DNA of 64,000 nucleotides, taken from Deltaproteobacteria bacterium (GTDB taxonomy: Bacteria > Desulfobacterota > Desulfobacteria > Desulfobacterales > SpSt-501). Positions 7,624-15,439 of this stretch are shown one piece after another. Position 1 is the stretch's first letter. Every line of letters begins with the position of its first letter. Location of the stretch: positions 17,519-81,518 of the forward strand of contig JACRCN010000054.1 in assembly GCA_016219005.1 (NCBI GenBank), in the 5' to 3' direction. A program made the translations under genes and the position numbers. The notes below the pieces were generated by a model. The model searched no databases and was not told the origin of the DNA. It saw nothing but the letters and a program-made list of their open reading frames with translations.

Positions 7624-8612
7624 ACGTTTTGCCGCTCCGCCCCTGCACTACCCCGTTCGTGCTGCGCAACGGCCACCTGCAGACCTTCCTGGCGAGCAGC
7701 CGCTTCCGCGCCCGCGGCGCAAGTCCCATGCTGGAGGCAGCCCGGGATGTCGTCCTGGCGGCCGGGGACGGCATCCGCCTGCTGGGCTCCCATTCCCGTC
7801 ACCCGGGGACCGCCTCCAAAGGCCTGGTCGTGCTTCTGCACGGCTGGGAAGGCAGCATCAATTCCACCTACATGCTGTGCACCGGCAGGGCTCTTTACCG
7901 CCGCGGCTACGAGGTCTTCCGGTTGAACCTCCGGGACCACGGCCGCAGTCACCACTTGAACCGGGGCATATTTTATGCGGTTCTGCTGGACGAGGTCTTT
8001 GAGGCCATAGCTCAGGTTGCGGCCGCCGCTGCGGGGCTCAACGTGTTCCTGGTCGGCTTTTCGCTGGGAGGCAACTTCGCGCTGCGTATCGCGCGCCGCT
8101 GCGCAACGCACCCGATCCCCAACCTGAGGCAGGTCGTCGCCGTCAGCGCGGCGCTGGATCCAGAGGTGTCCACGGCCCGGGCGGACCGCCATCCCTTGAT
8201 CCGCCGCTACTTCCTTAAAAAGTGGCGCCGTTCTCTGGCCATCAAGCAGCAGCTTTACCCGGATCTTTACGATTTTTGCGATATCCTGCGTCTGCAAACC
8301 CTGCGCGAGATCACCGATGCCCTCTTGGAGCGTTACAGCCGATACCCATCCGCCCGCGCCTACTTCCAAGCCTACACCCTCACCGGCGATGTGCTGCTCT
8401 CGATTGCCGTGCCCACCACGCTCCTGACGTCTCAGGACGACCCCATCATCCCCGTGCGGGACTATCACGAACTGCGGACGAACGAACTGACCCGCGTCGT
8501 GGTCGAGCCGCATGGCGGACACAACGGATTTCTCGACGGGCCGCGGCTTCGCAGCCGCTATGAAACGTGGCTCGCCGACATGTTCGACGGCTATAGCGCC
8601 GCCCGGCCGTGA
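7620..8612 (+). CDS. Alpha/beta hydrolase, YheT-like
   Basis: I start the gene at ATG 7620 (MNVLPLRPCTTPFVLRNGHLQTF). Motifs: HGWEGS, the nucleophile elbow GFSLGGN, and a C-terminal HGGHNGF. The N-terminal 101 codons of ORF 7317..8612 are Arg/Pro-rich and overlap the 88-aa gene. Confidence 0.8.
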   Translation: MNVLPLRPCTTPFVLRNGHLQTFLASSRFRARGASPMLEAARDVVLAAGDGIRLLGSHSRHPGTASKGLVVLLHGWEGSINSTYMLCTGRALYRRGYEVFRLNLRDHGRSHHLNRGIFYAVLLDEVFEAIAQVAAAAAGLNVFLVGFSLGGNFALRIARRCATHPIPNLRQVVAVSAALDPEVSTARADRHPLIRRYFLKKWRRSLAIKQQLYPDLYDFCDILRLQTLREITDALLERYSRYPSARAYFQAYTLTGDVLLSIAVPTTLLTSQDDPIIPVRDYHELRTNELTRVVVEPHGGHNGFLDGPRLRSRYETWLADMFDGYSAARP

Positions 8613-8693
8613 TGCCGAGCTGGCTTGCGTTTCCGGCAGCAAGTGTCTATGTTGCAGGCAAACTTGATGGGCGTATTCTATGTCATGTGCTTC

Positions 8694-8818
8694 GATGACT
8701 TTGCAAGAAGTCCAATTTCAAGATGCGCGAATCTTGTGGATCGCGGCGTACTTAAAGTACGCCGCAGCGACAGCGAGATGAAGCGCCACGCCGAAATTGG
8801 GCTTTTTACAAAGTCATC
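8694..8818 (+). repeat. MITE/REP-like long-hairpin repeat, family B, copy 1
   Basis: The 26-nt arms gatgactttgcaagaagtccaatttc and gaaattgggctttttacaaagtcatc are reverse complements (23/26). There is an inner hairpin ggcgtact/agtacgcc. The element is collinear with 40228..40352 and the same length. Confidence 0.75.
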
Positions 8819-8840
8819 AAAATTATTCCAGGAGGATTCG

Positions 8841-9344
8841 ATGAACGAGGACAAGACCCTCGAAATTCTGAAGAATGCGATCCTGCTCGAAAAGCGCGGA
8901 CATGCGTTTTACGCAAAGGTCGCCCAACAGACTTCCGCCGAAGCCGTCAAGCAGTTTTTCAGCCTGATGGCGGAAGAGGAATTAAACCATGTCCGTGTCC
9001 TCTCCGAGCAGTTCAAGAACCACCGCGCCGGCAAAAAGTTCACGCCCGGCGCCTCTGCGGCCGATGCCACTTTTAAGACGGCCGCGAGCATTCTCACCCA
9101 GGATCTGAAACGGCAGATTTCCGCTGCGGACTACGAAGCGGCGGCCATCGCGGCGGCCATGTCCATGGAGAAGAACGCCATCCAGGTCTACGCCAGCCGC
9201 GCGGCGGAGGCCCAGGATGCCACCGAAAAGAGTTTCTACGAATGGCTGGCAAAATGGGAGACCGAGCACCTGAATTTTTTGTCCCGGCTCGACAAGGAAA
9301 TCACCGAGGCGATCTGGTACGACAACGCTTTCTGGCCTTTTTGA
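8841..9344 (+). CDS. Ferritin-like / rubrerythrin-family di-iron protein
   Basis: I start the gene at ATG 8841, preceded by GGAGGA. It has two E...ExxH-type motifs (MAEEELNHV, WETEHLNF) and a four-helix-bundle-like sequence. The longer ORF from 8625 is repeat B sequence. Confidence 0.75.
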   Translation: MNEDKTLEILKNAILLEKRGHAFYAKVAQQTSAEAVKQFFSLMAEEELNHVRVLSEQFKNHRAGKKFTPGASAADATFKTAASILTQDLKRQISAADYEAAAIAAAMSMEKNAIQVYASRAAEAQDATEKSFYEWLAKWETEHLNFLSRLDKEITEAIWYDNAFWPF

Positions 9345-9498
9345 GCTGCGCTCAAAAAAGTAGTGGATCACACCCGGTCGACGGGACCAAAAATCAAGGG
9401 CCTTGCCCGGAAAGCGTTTTCCGGAACAAAGCCCTGATGCCGTAACGAAAAGACTAAAAAAAACGCGAGAACCGATCGCTGTCGAAGCCTAAAACGCT

Positions 9499-9702
9499 TC
9501 AGTTCCCGGACCGGCCGTCGTCGCAGGCGTCGTCGTTTCCGGTGAACCGGCTGTGCTCGGCGGTGGTGCTCATTTCGCAGACCGGAAGCTTCTCGGCCGC
9601 CCGCATGGGCTTGCCGCAGCACTCCGGCACTTTGGCCCCGGTCGCTTCCAGTTCGTTCATCTTGCCGCAGGTTTCGCATTCGAATTTGCGCTTGTCAGCC
9701 AT
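9499..9702 (-). CDS. Small Cys-rich metal-binding protein with a desulforedoxin-like CxxC...CC motif
   Basis: FECETCGKMNELEATGAKVPECCGKPM matches the desulforedoxin / Dfx N-domain pattern CxxCG...CCGxxM. There is a strong SD (AAGGAGGG) and two additional Cys in the tail. Confidence 0.6.
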   Translation of the reverse strand: MADKRKFECETCGKMNELEATGAKVPECCGKPMRAAEKLPVCEMSTTAEHSRFTGNDDACDDGRSGN

Positions 9703-9815
9703 TGAGCCCTCCTTGGTGCATTCAGAATGAATCCGTCGCCGGTAGAATAGATAATCTGTGAAAGGGTGTCAAGGACATACGCGGATAACGCCAACGGCAT
9801 CCATGCCTCTCTCTA

Positions 9816-11060
9816 TCATGCCCCGATGACTGCGACCATGCTTCCGATCGTGCAGGAGGTCAGAGTGCCGGAGACGATGGACCGCAGCCCCAATTCGACG
9901 ATTTCGTTGCGGCGACCGGGGGCCATGGTGCTCATGCCGCCGATCATGATCCCCAGGCTTCCGGGGTTCGCGAACCCGCACAGGGCGTAGGTCATGATCA
10001 GGAGGCTGCGCGGGCTAAGGGTGCCGGCCGGCAGGCGGCTCATGTCCACGTAAGCGATCAATTCGTTCAAGACCGTCTTGGTCCCCATGAGGGCCCCGGC
10101 GGCCAGCGCTTCGGACCACGGCACCCCCATGAGCCAGCAGATCGGCGTCATGAGGGACCCCATGAACCGCTGCAGGGTGATCGGCCCGCCATAAACGTCC
10201 GGCAGAAGGCCGAGCGCAAGGTTGACCAGACTCACCAGGGCCACGAGCACGATCAGCATCGCCACGATATTGACGAGCAACTCCATTCCCTGCACCGTGC
10301 CTTTGGTGACGGCGTCCATCGAACTGGTGGCCGTTTCCGGCGCGCTCAATTCGCCCTCCGTGACGTCACCGGTTTCCGGAATCATGATTTTGGCAATCGT
10401 GATCGAAGCCGGCAGGCTGATGATGGAGGCAACCAGGATGTGCCCCATCGCATCCGGCACCCGGTTCCCGAGAACGGAGGCATATAGGGCCATGACCGTA
10501 CCGGCGATGTTGGACATGCCGCAGGTCATGACGGAGAAAAGCTCGCTGCGGGTCATGCGGCCGATATAGGGACGGATGAACAACGGCGCTTCCACCATGC
10601 CGACGAAGACATTGACTGAATTCGACAATCCTTCGGCGCCGCCCACCCCCATGGTTTTGTGCAGCCCCCAGGAAAACCCCCGCACCACCATGGGTAGCAC
10701 CTTCCAGTAAAAAAGCAGGGAGGACAACGCACTCATGAGGAGCACCAGGGGCAGGGCTTGAAACGCCAGAATGAAACTGCTGCCGTGGTAGCTTTCGGCG
10801 AACGGCAGCGGCCCTCCGCCCACGTATCCGAAAACGAAGGACGTGCCGGCAGCAGTGGCTTCCTGGAGGACCAGCACCATGCGGTTGAGAAAGACGAAAA
10901 CGTCCCGCGAAAACGGTACTTTGACAAGGACGAGACCTGTCGCAAAAGTCAGCAGGAGGCCCTTGGCGACCAGGCGGATGCTCACCCGGCGGCGGTTTTC
11001 GCTGAGCAGCCAGGCCAGGGCGATGAAGCTGCAGCATCCGAGCACGCTCTGCCAGATCAT
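9816..11060 (-). CDS. nupC: Concentrative nucleoside transporter (NupC/CNT family)
   Basis: 414 aa polytopic protein with CNT-family motifs (GTSFVFG, FQALPLVLLMSAL, VNVFVGMVEAPL, MTCGMSNIAGTVM, ALCGFANPGSLGI). SD GAAGGAG. Confidence 0.85.
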   Translation of the reverse strand: MIWQSVLGCCSFIALAWLLSENRRRVSIRLVAKGLLLTFATGLVLVKVPFSRDVFVFLNRMVLVLQEATAAGTSFVFGYVGGGPLPFAESYHGSSFILAFQALPLVLLMSALSSLLFYWKVLPMVVRGFSWGLHKTMGVGGAEGLSNSVNVFVGMVEAPLFIRPYIGRMTRSELFSVMTCGMSNIAGTVMALYASVLGNRVPDAMGHILVASIISLPASITIAKIMIPETGDVTEGELSAPETATSSMDAVTKGTVQGMELLVNIVAMLIVLVALVSLVNLALGLLPDVYGGPITLQRFMGSLMTPICWLMGVPWSEALAAGALMGTKTVLNELIAYVDMSRLPAGTLSPRSLLIMTYALCGFANPGSLGIMIGGMSTMAPGRRNEIVELGLRSIVSGTLTSCTIGSMVAVIGA

Positions 11061-11172
11061 CCCGACTCCTTCACTACAGCTTTTATAACAATAAACCGGA
11101 ACGCTTCCGGAATAATTTCAGCCTTCGGGCGAGCCGATCTGGCCGCACCCGCTGTGTTGCGGGCCATTTGCT

Positions 11173-11817
11173 TTACGGGAGGACAGCCTCATGGCCCGAC
11201 GCCGCGCGGCTGCAGCCGCCTCGGCTCGTGAAATGCCCATGCGGGCGCACCGCCACCAGCGAAGCCAACCGCCGGTGCTCATCCTGGCCGGTGTCGTACT
11301 CCTCGCGGTAGTGCAGGATTCGCAGGGACAGAAAGCTGTGCAGCAGTTCGTTTGGCCTCAGAAAATAATCCCGGCAGCGCTCGCCGTGACCCGCACCACC
11401 CGGCATCTCGATCAGAGTTTCGAAAATAAGCATGCCGCCGGGCCGGAGTCCTTCGCGGATCTGAGGGAACAGCCGCCGGTTGAGGAATAGGATGTTCAGG
11501 ATCAGGTCGTAGCGCTCGATGGGGATGTCAAAGGTGTCCAAGTCCGCACAGATAGGACGAATCCCCGGGTGCCGGCCGGCAAACAAGGCCAAGCCCTCTT
11601 CCGAGATATCGACTGCGTCCACCGCAAACCCCCGCTCTGCCAGGAAAAGCGCGTTGCGCCCGCTGCCGGCCGCTAAGTCGAGGGCCGTACCGCCCAGTGC
11701 CATGCTGAAAAAATCCTTCAAGATGCGGGAAGGCTCGGTGGGGTAGTCCTGTCGTCGATATTTTTCATTCCATTTGATGCGGTCGCGATGCATGGCCTGG
11801 TTCTTTTTGTCGGTCAA
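11173..11817 (-). CDS. Class I SAM-dependent methyltransferase (TehB-like)
   Basis: ALDLAAGSGRNALFLAERGFAVDAVD is methyltransferase motif I; also LRPGGMLIFE. The start is uncertain: TTG at 11817 or ATG at 11793. Confidence 0.75.
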   Translation of the reverse strand: MTDKKNQAMHRDRIKWNEKYRRQDYPTEPSRILKDFFSMALGGTALDLAAGSGRNALFLAERGFAVDAVDISEEGLALFAGRHPGIRPICADLDTFDIPIERYDLILNILFLNRRLFPQIREGLRPGGMLIFETLIEMPGGAGHGERCRDYFLRPNELLHSFLSLRILHYREEYDTGQDEHRRLASLVAVRPHGHFTSRGGCSRAASGHEAVLP

Positions 11818-11859
11818 CCCGTTTCCGGCCGATGTAACCTTTTTGGCTAAAGCGGCTCA

Positions 11860-11913
11860 CTAAATGTGGTTCGAGTGGGATTCGAACCGTTGAGAAGTTC
11901 CAAATCCAAACAT
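11860..11913 (-). CDS. Candidate 17-codon sORF (MFGFGTSQRFESHSNHI) behind a strong SD
   Basis: AAAAGGAGGAGG lies 7 nt upstream of the ATG. The sORF spans the tRNA-like fragment and a long hairpin (GTTGAGAA...TTCTCAAC), upstream of the methyltransferase gene. There is no other support. Confidence 0.2.
   Translation of the reverse strand: MFGFGTSQRFESHSNHI
11867..11888 (-). other. tRNA 3'-end-like fragment (T-loop plus acceptor arm), not an intact tRNA
   Basis: The minus strand reads GGTTCGAATCCCACTCGAACCA (TTCGAAT T-loop, CCCAC, 7-nt acceptor-like arm, discriminator A). No matching 5' acceptor, D arm or anticodon arm can be folded upstream. Confidence 0.4.
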
Positions 11914-12012
11914 TCTCAACCTCCTCCTTTTCTCGCCGGGTGGTCCACAGCAACGTGGGCCACCTTGTTCATTTTAAGACCCCTTGGCCGCGGATAAAAA
12001 ACCACCGCGCTC

Positions 12013-13098
12013 TCACGACGTTTTCCGACCAACTGCCAGCTTCGCCGCCAGCTTGATGGCCTCGATCATGGATTGGGGGTTTGCGCGACCTTCACCCGCC
12101 TTGCCGAAGGCCGTCCCGTGGTCGACCGATACGCGAATGATCGGCAGGCCCAGGGTGATGTTCACCCCTGCCAACTGGCCCCAGGTCCCGGTCGTGTCGT
12201 CGTATTGGAAGCCGATCAGCTTGGTCGGGATGTGGCCCTGGTCGTGGTACATCACGACGACGAGGTCGTACATGCCGCCGCGCATTTTTGAAAAAACGGT
12301 GTCGGCCGGCAGGGGGCCATCGGCGGCAATGTGCTCCGCCCTGGCCGCTGCCACCGCCGGCGCGATCTCTTGATCGTCCTCGTTGCCGAAGAGCCCTCCC
12401 TCTCCGCAATGCGGGTTCAGCCCGGCCACCCCGATCTTGGGCGATTGAATTCCAAGTTGCCGAAGGGCTTGGTGGGCCAGGCGGATTACGTTGAAAACGC
12501 GCTCCTTCTTCACGCGCTCGCAGGCCTCCCGCAGCGCTACGTGGGTGGACACGTGCGCAACCCTGAAGTTCCCATCCGCCAGCATCATGGAGTAATTCCG
12601 GGTCTTGGTGAGATCGGCGTAGATTTCCGTGTGCCCGGCATAGTGGTAGCCGGCGGCGTTGATGGCGGCCTTGTTGATGGGGCCGGTCACGGTGGCGTCG
12701 ACCTCATCGGCCATGGCCAGTTCGATCACCTTGGCCACGTATTCGAAGGAGGCCCGGCCTTGCGCCGCGGTAACCTGCTTGTGCCGCAGCTGATCCAGCG
12801 GCAGGTTTTTCAGGTCGAACACGTCGAGACCGCCGAGGGCGAAGCTCGCCTCGGAAACCGCTTGTCTTCCCGCCACTTCCAGCTTCAGGCCGCAAAAGCG
12901 CACGGCGTTGGCCATGACCCCGGCGTCGCCGATCACGATCGGTCGGCACATGTCATAAATTTCCTTCAGCGCCAGCGTCTTGGCGCAAACCTCCGGCCCG
13001 ATCCCGGCCGGGTCGCCCATGGATATGCCGATGATCGGCAGCTGTTCAGATGCCACGAAGACCCCCTTTTCCTTTGGTTGCTTTTTCAATACTGCCAT
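12013..13098 (-). CDS. PdxA-family 4-hydroxythreonine-4-phosphate dehydrogenase-like oxidative decarboxylase
   Basis: Motifs MGDPAGIGPE, GHTEIYADL, GLNPHCGEGG and VDHGTAFGKAG. I start at ATG 13098 (MAVLKKQ...). Confidence 0.85.
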   Translation of the reverse strand: MAVLKKQPKEKGVFVASEQLPIIGISMGDPAGIGPEVCAKTLALKEIYDMCRPIVIGDAGVMANAVRFCGLKLEVAGRQAVSEASFALGGLDVFDLKNLPLDQLRHKQVTAAQGRASFEYVAKVIELAMADEVDATVTGPINKAAINAAGYHYAGHTEIYADLTKTRNYSMMLADGNFRVAHVSTHVALREACERVKKERVFNVIRLAHQALRQLGIQSPKIGVAGLNPHCGEGGLFGNEDDQEIAPAVAAARAEHIAADGPLPADTVFSKMRGGMYDLVVVMYHDQGHIPTKLIGFQYDDTTGTWGQLAGVNITLGLPIIRVSVDHGTAFGKAGEGRANPQSMIEAIKLAAKLAVGRKTS

Positions 13099-13205
13099 AG
13101 TGAAGCCGATTTGCTTTTCCCGTGGGAGTGGCTTCCAGCTGCGATGGCATTGCCAACTGCAGTCGATTTTCAAGCGCGGCCCCGTCATCGGCGACGTTGG
13201 GCGTT

Positions 13206-14483
13206 TTACGGAGCCGACACGTTGATCGGGAGAAGATCCGGCGCATGGCTCAGCACCGTCACGCGTGCGTTCTTCCCCTGCCGCCGCAGCGCCTCATCCA
13301 CCGCCCACTGCACGCTGGGCGCGTGAGTGTGGCCCAGCTTTTCCTTGTGCTCGGCCGGGATGCCCGGCGAATAGGTGACCACCGTGGCTTTTTCGCGGAC
13401 CAGGGCCCAGGCGGTGGCCAGTGCCGCGGCAACACCGTTCTTCAGCCGTCCGGCCCGATAGGCGGCCTTGATCTGCGCCGACGACCAGGCCGTGTAGGAC
13501 AGCAGATCGGTGTGCACCGGGCTCACTCCCTCCGGCGCCGGCGTGCATACGACGATGGTCCCGCCGGGCTTGACCATGCGTTGGGCCGGGTATTGCGCTT
13601 TGTGGGATTGCCAGAAATCCAGGTCGCAGGGATACGAGTTGGCGACCACGATATCGGGTGTTTCACGGTATTCGACGCCGTAGATCTTCCGTGCGGCCTG
13701 AACCCCCTTCCGGAAGGCGGCACGCATCTCGCCATAGAAGACATCGGTGACTCTGCCTTCGCTGTCCATGACGACGTTGAAGATGGTCTGCATGCCGACG
13801 CGATCGGCCATGTCGTCCATGTCCCGGCGGACCGGGTTGTCTTCGATCCCCAGCAACGAATCCCCGCCGCCCTCGCAGGAGAGCATGTGCGTCGCTGCGG
13901 TCGTTCCGGGGCCGCTAACCCCCGGTTGAATGATCTTGGAGCTGCCGGAATAGCCGGGGATGTGGTGCGGGACGATGGCGCCCAGTCCGATGACGACGTC
14001 GGCCTCGACCACCGCGCGGTTCACCTGCAGCGGAGTCCCGGCGCTGGAGGCGCCGAGATCCACAAGGTTTTCAGCCTCTCGCCAGGCATGGTTGAAGACG
14101 CGGATGCGGCGCCAGACTTCCTGCCCCACCTTGTCTATCATCTCGCCATCGGTCATAGCGCGGTGGGTGCCCAGGGCCATGATGCAGGCAATGTTGCGGT
14201 CGGGCAGGCCGGCGGCATTCAGCCGGGCGAGCAGCGGAGGGATCATGCGGTCTGCCGGTGTCAGCCGCGTGTTGTCGTCGCTCACCAGGAGCACCCGATC
14301 CGAGGGCTTGATCCACTGTTCGATGGGCGGCTGCCCGATGGGGTTGGCCAAAGCCGCATGGATGGCCGCATCCAGATCCGGGAGGGGGGTGGTGACATTG
14401 GGTTTCAGAACCTGCGCCAGGTTCCGTTCGGGCACCTCGAACCGCAGAGGGTTGCCGCCGAAGGGTATCGTGACGGTTGTCAT
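13206..14483 (-). CDS. LarA-like nickel-pincer-dependent 2-hydroxyacid racemase/epimerase family protein (DUF2088)
   Basis: VLLVSDDNTRLTP, and GAIVPHHIPGYSGSSKII, which matches the LarA His...GxSGGxK region containing the cofactor-tethering Lys. I start at ATG 14483 (MTTVTIPFGG), preceded by GAGGA. Confidence 0.8.
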   Translation of the reverse strand: MTTVTIPFGGNPLRFEVPERNLAQVLKPNVTTPLPDLDAAIHAALANPIGQPPIEQWIKPSDRVLLVSDDNTRLTPADRMIPPLLARLNAAGLPDRNIACIMALGTHRAMTDGEMIDKVGQEVWRRIRVFNHAWREAENLVDLGASSAGTPLQVNRAVVEADVVIGLGAIVPHHIPGYSGSSKIIQPGVSGPGTTAATHMLSCEGGGDSLLGIEDNPVRRDMDDMADRVGMQTIFNVVMDSEGRVTDVFYGEMRAAFRKGVQAARKIYGVEYRETPDIVVANSYPCDLDFWQSHKAQYPAQRMVKPGGTIVVCTPAPEGVSPVHTDLLSYTAWSSAQIKAAYRAGRLKNGVAAALATAWALVREKATVVTYSPGIPAEHKEKLGHTHAPSVQWAVDEALRRQGKNARVTVLSHAPDLLPINVSAP

Positions 14484-14560
14484 ACAGGATCCTCGTGAAT
14501 GATATAGGGCATCTTGAATTACTCGATTCGGCAAGGTGAGTCAACAGGGGCTGGCTCGGC

Positions 14561-15394
14561 TCAGTCGCTGTCGGGTCCCGGGCCGGCCCGCAGCATCTCG
14601 CCCACGGTAACGAGACGGAACCCCTTGCGGCGCAGTTCGCCGATGATGTCGGGCAGCGCTTGCGCGGTGTTCCAGCCGCGGCCGTTCATGTGCATGACGA
14701 CAATCGAGCCGTTGCGCGCACCCGTCGTCACGGAGCGCAGCAAACGCTCCTTCGATGTGCCCGGATCCGGGTCGCCGGAAGCAAGATCGAACTGAACGGT
14801 TATCAACCCGGCTTCGGCAGTGATCCGCGAGATGCGCTCGTCATGCTCCCCGTACGGGGGCCGATAGAGGGACGCCTGCCGCCCGGTCAACGAATACATG
14901 ACGATCTGGGTCCAGCCGAGTTCCTGGCGCACCTGGTCATCCGGGCTCCGGGTCATGTGCGGGTGCAGAAACGAGTGATTCCCGAGCTCGAACAAATCGA
15001 CCGCGGCCAGCCGGCGGGTCTGATCCGGATGCTCCAGCATCCACTTCCCGCCCAGGAAGAGGGTCGCCGGGGTTCGGGTCTCGATCAAGACCCGGATGAC
15101 CTCCTCATCGTATCCGCTCGCAATTTTCGTGGCGCAGGCATCAAACGTGAGAGCGACCCGTTTTCGCCTTCGATCGCCGTGGAAAACCACCTGAGGTTTC
15201 ACCGGCGCGGGCGACGGCGGATGATCCAGAGCCAGGGGCGAAGTCGCATAACGGCGCACGGCTTCCTTGAGGCTCTCCAATGGAGCCTCCGCCATCACGA
15301 CCGAGGAGGCACCGGCCGCCGTCCCGGCGAGCGCGATGATCAGAGCCCACCGGATGAACTTTCGTTTCAAGTCATTGACCGCTTTGCCGACCAT
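14561..15394 (-). CDS. Polysaccharide deacetylase (NodB homology domain), secreted
   Basis: VALTFDAC, the HSFLHPHM His motif and LYRPPYGE. The N-terminus has a hydrophobic signal (WALIIALAGTAAGASSVVMAEA). Confidence 0.8.
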   Translation of the reverse strand: MVGKAVNDLKRKFIRWALIIALAGTAAGASSVVMAEAPLESLKEAVRRYATSPLALDHPPSPAPVKPQVVFHGDRRRKRVALTFDACATKIASGYDEEVIRVLIETRTPATLFLGGKWMLEHPDQTRRLAAVDLFELGNHSFLHPHMTRSPDDQVRQELGWTQIVMYSLTGRQASLYRPPYGEHDERISRITAEAGLITVQFDLASGDPDPGTSKERLLRSVTTGARNGSIVVMHMNGRGWNTAQALPDIIGELRRKGFRLVTVGEMLRAGPGPDSD

Positions 15395-15439
15395 GGGCTA
15401 TCATAACGCACGTTTCCGAAACTGGCGAGACCGCAGCGA

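Noticed and set aside
9397-9435. Hairpin (ccggaaa gcgt tttccgg with an outer agggc/gccct stem) between the convergent ferritin-like and desulforedoxin-like genes, as a terminator
   Set aside because: It is a plausible structure, but there is no U-tract on either strand. A similar ccggaa-N-ttccgg hairpin at about 11.1 kb suggests a generic GC-rich palindrome. It is not reported as a feature.
11867-11964. Possible complete tRNA or tRNA-Sec gene on the minus strand
   Set aside because: Only the T-loop and 3' acceptor half are tRNA-like. The 5 nt preceding TTCGAAT (AACGG) cannot pair with CCCAC, and no 5' acceptor strand (GGTTCGA), D arm or anticodon stem can be found. It is reported only as a fragment.
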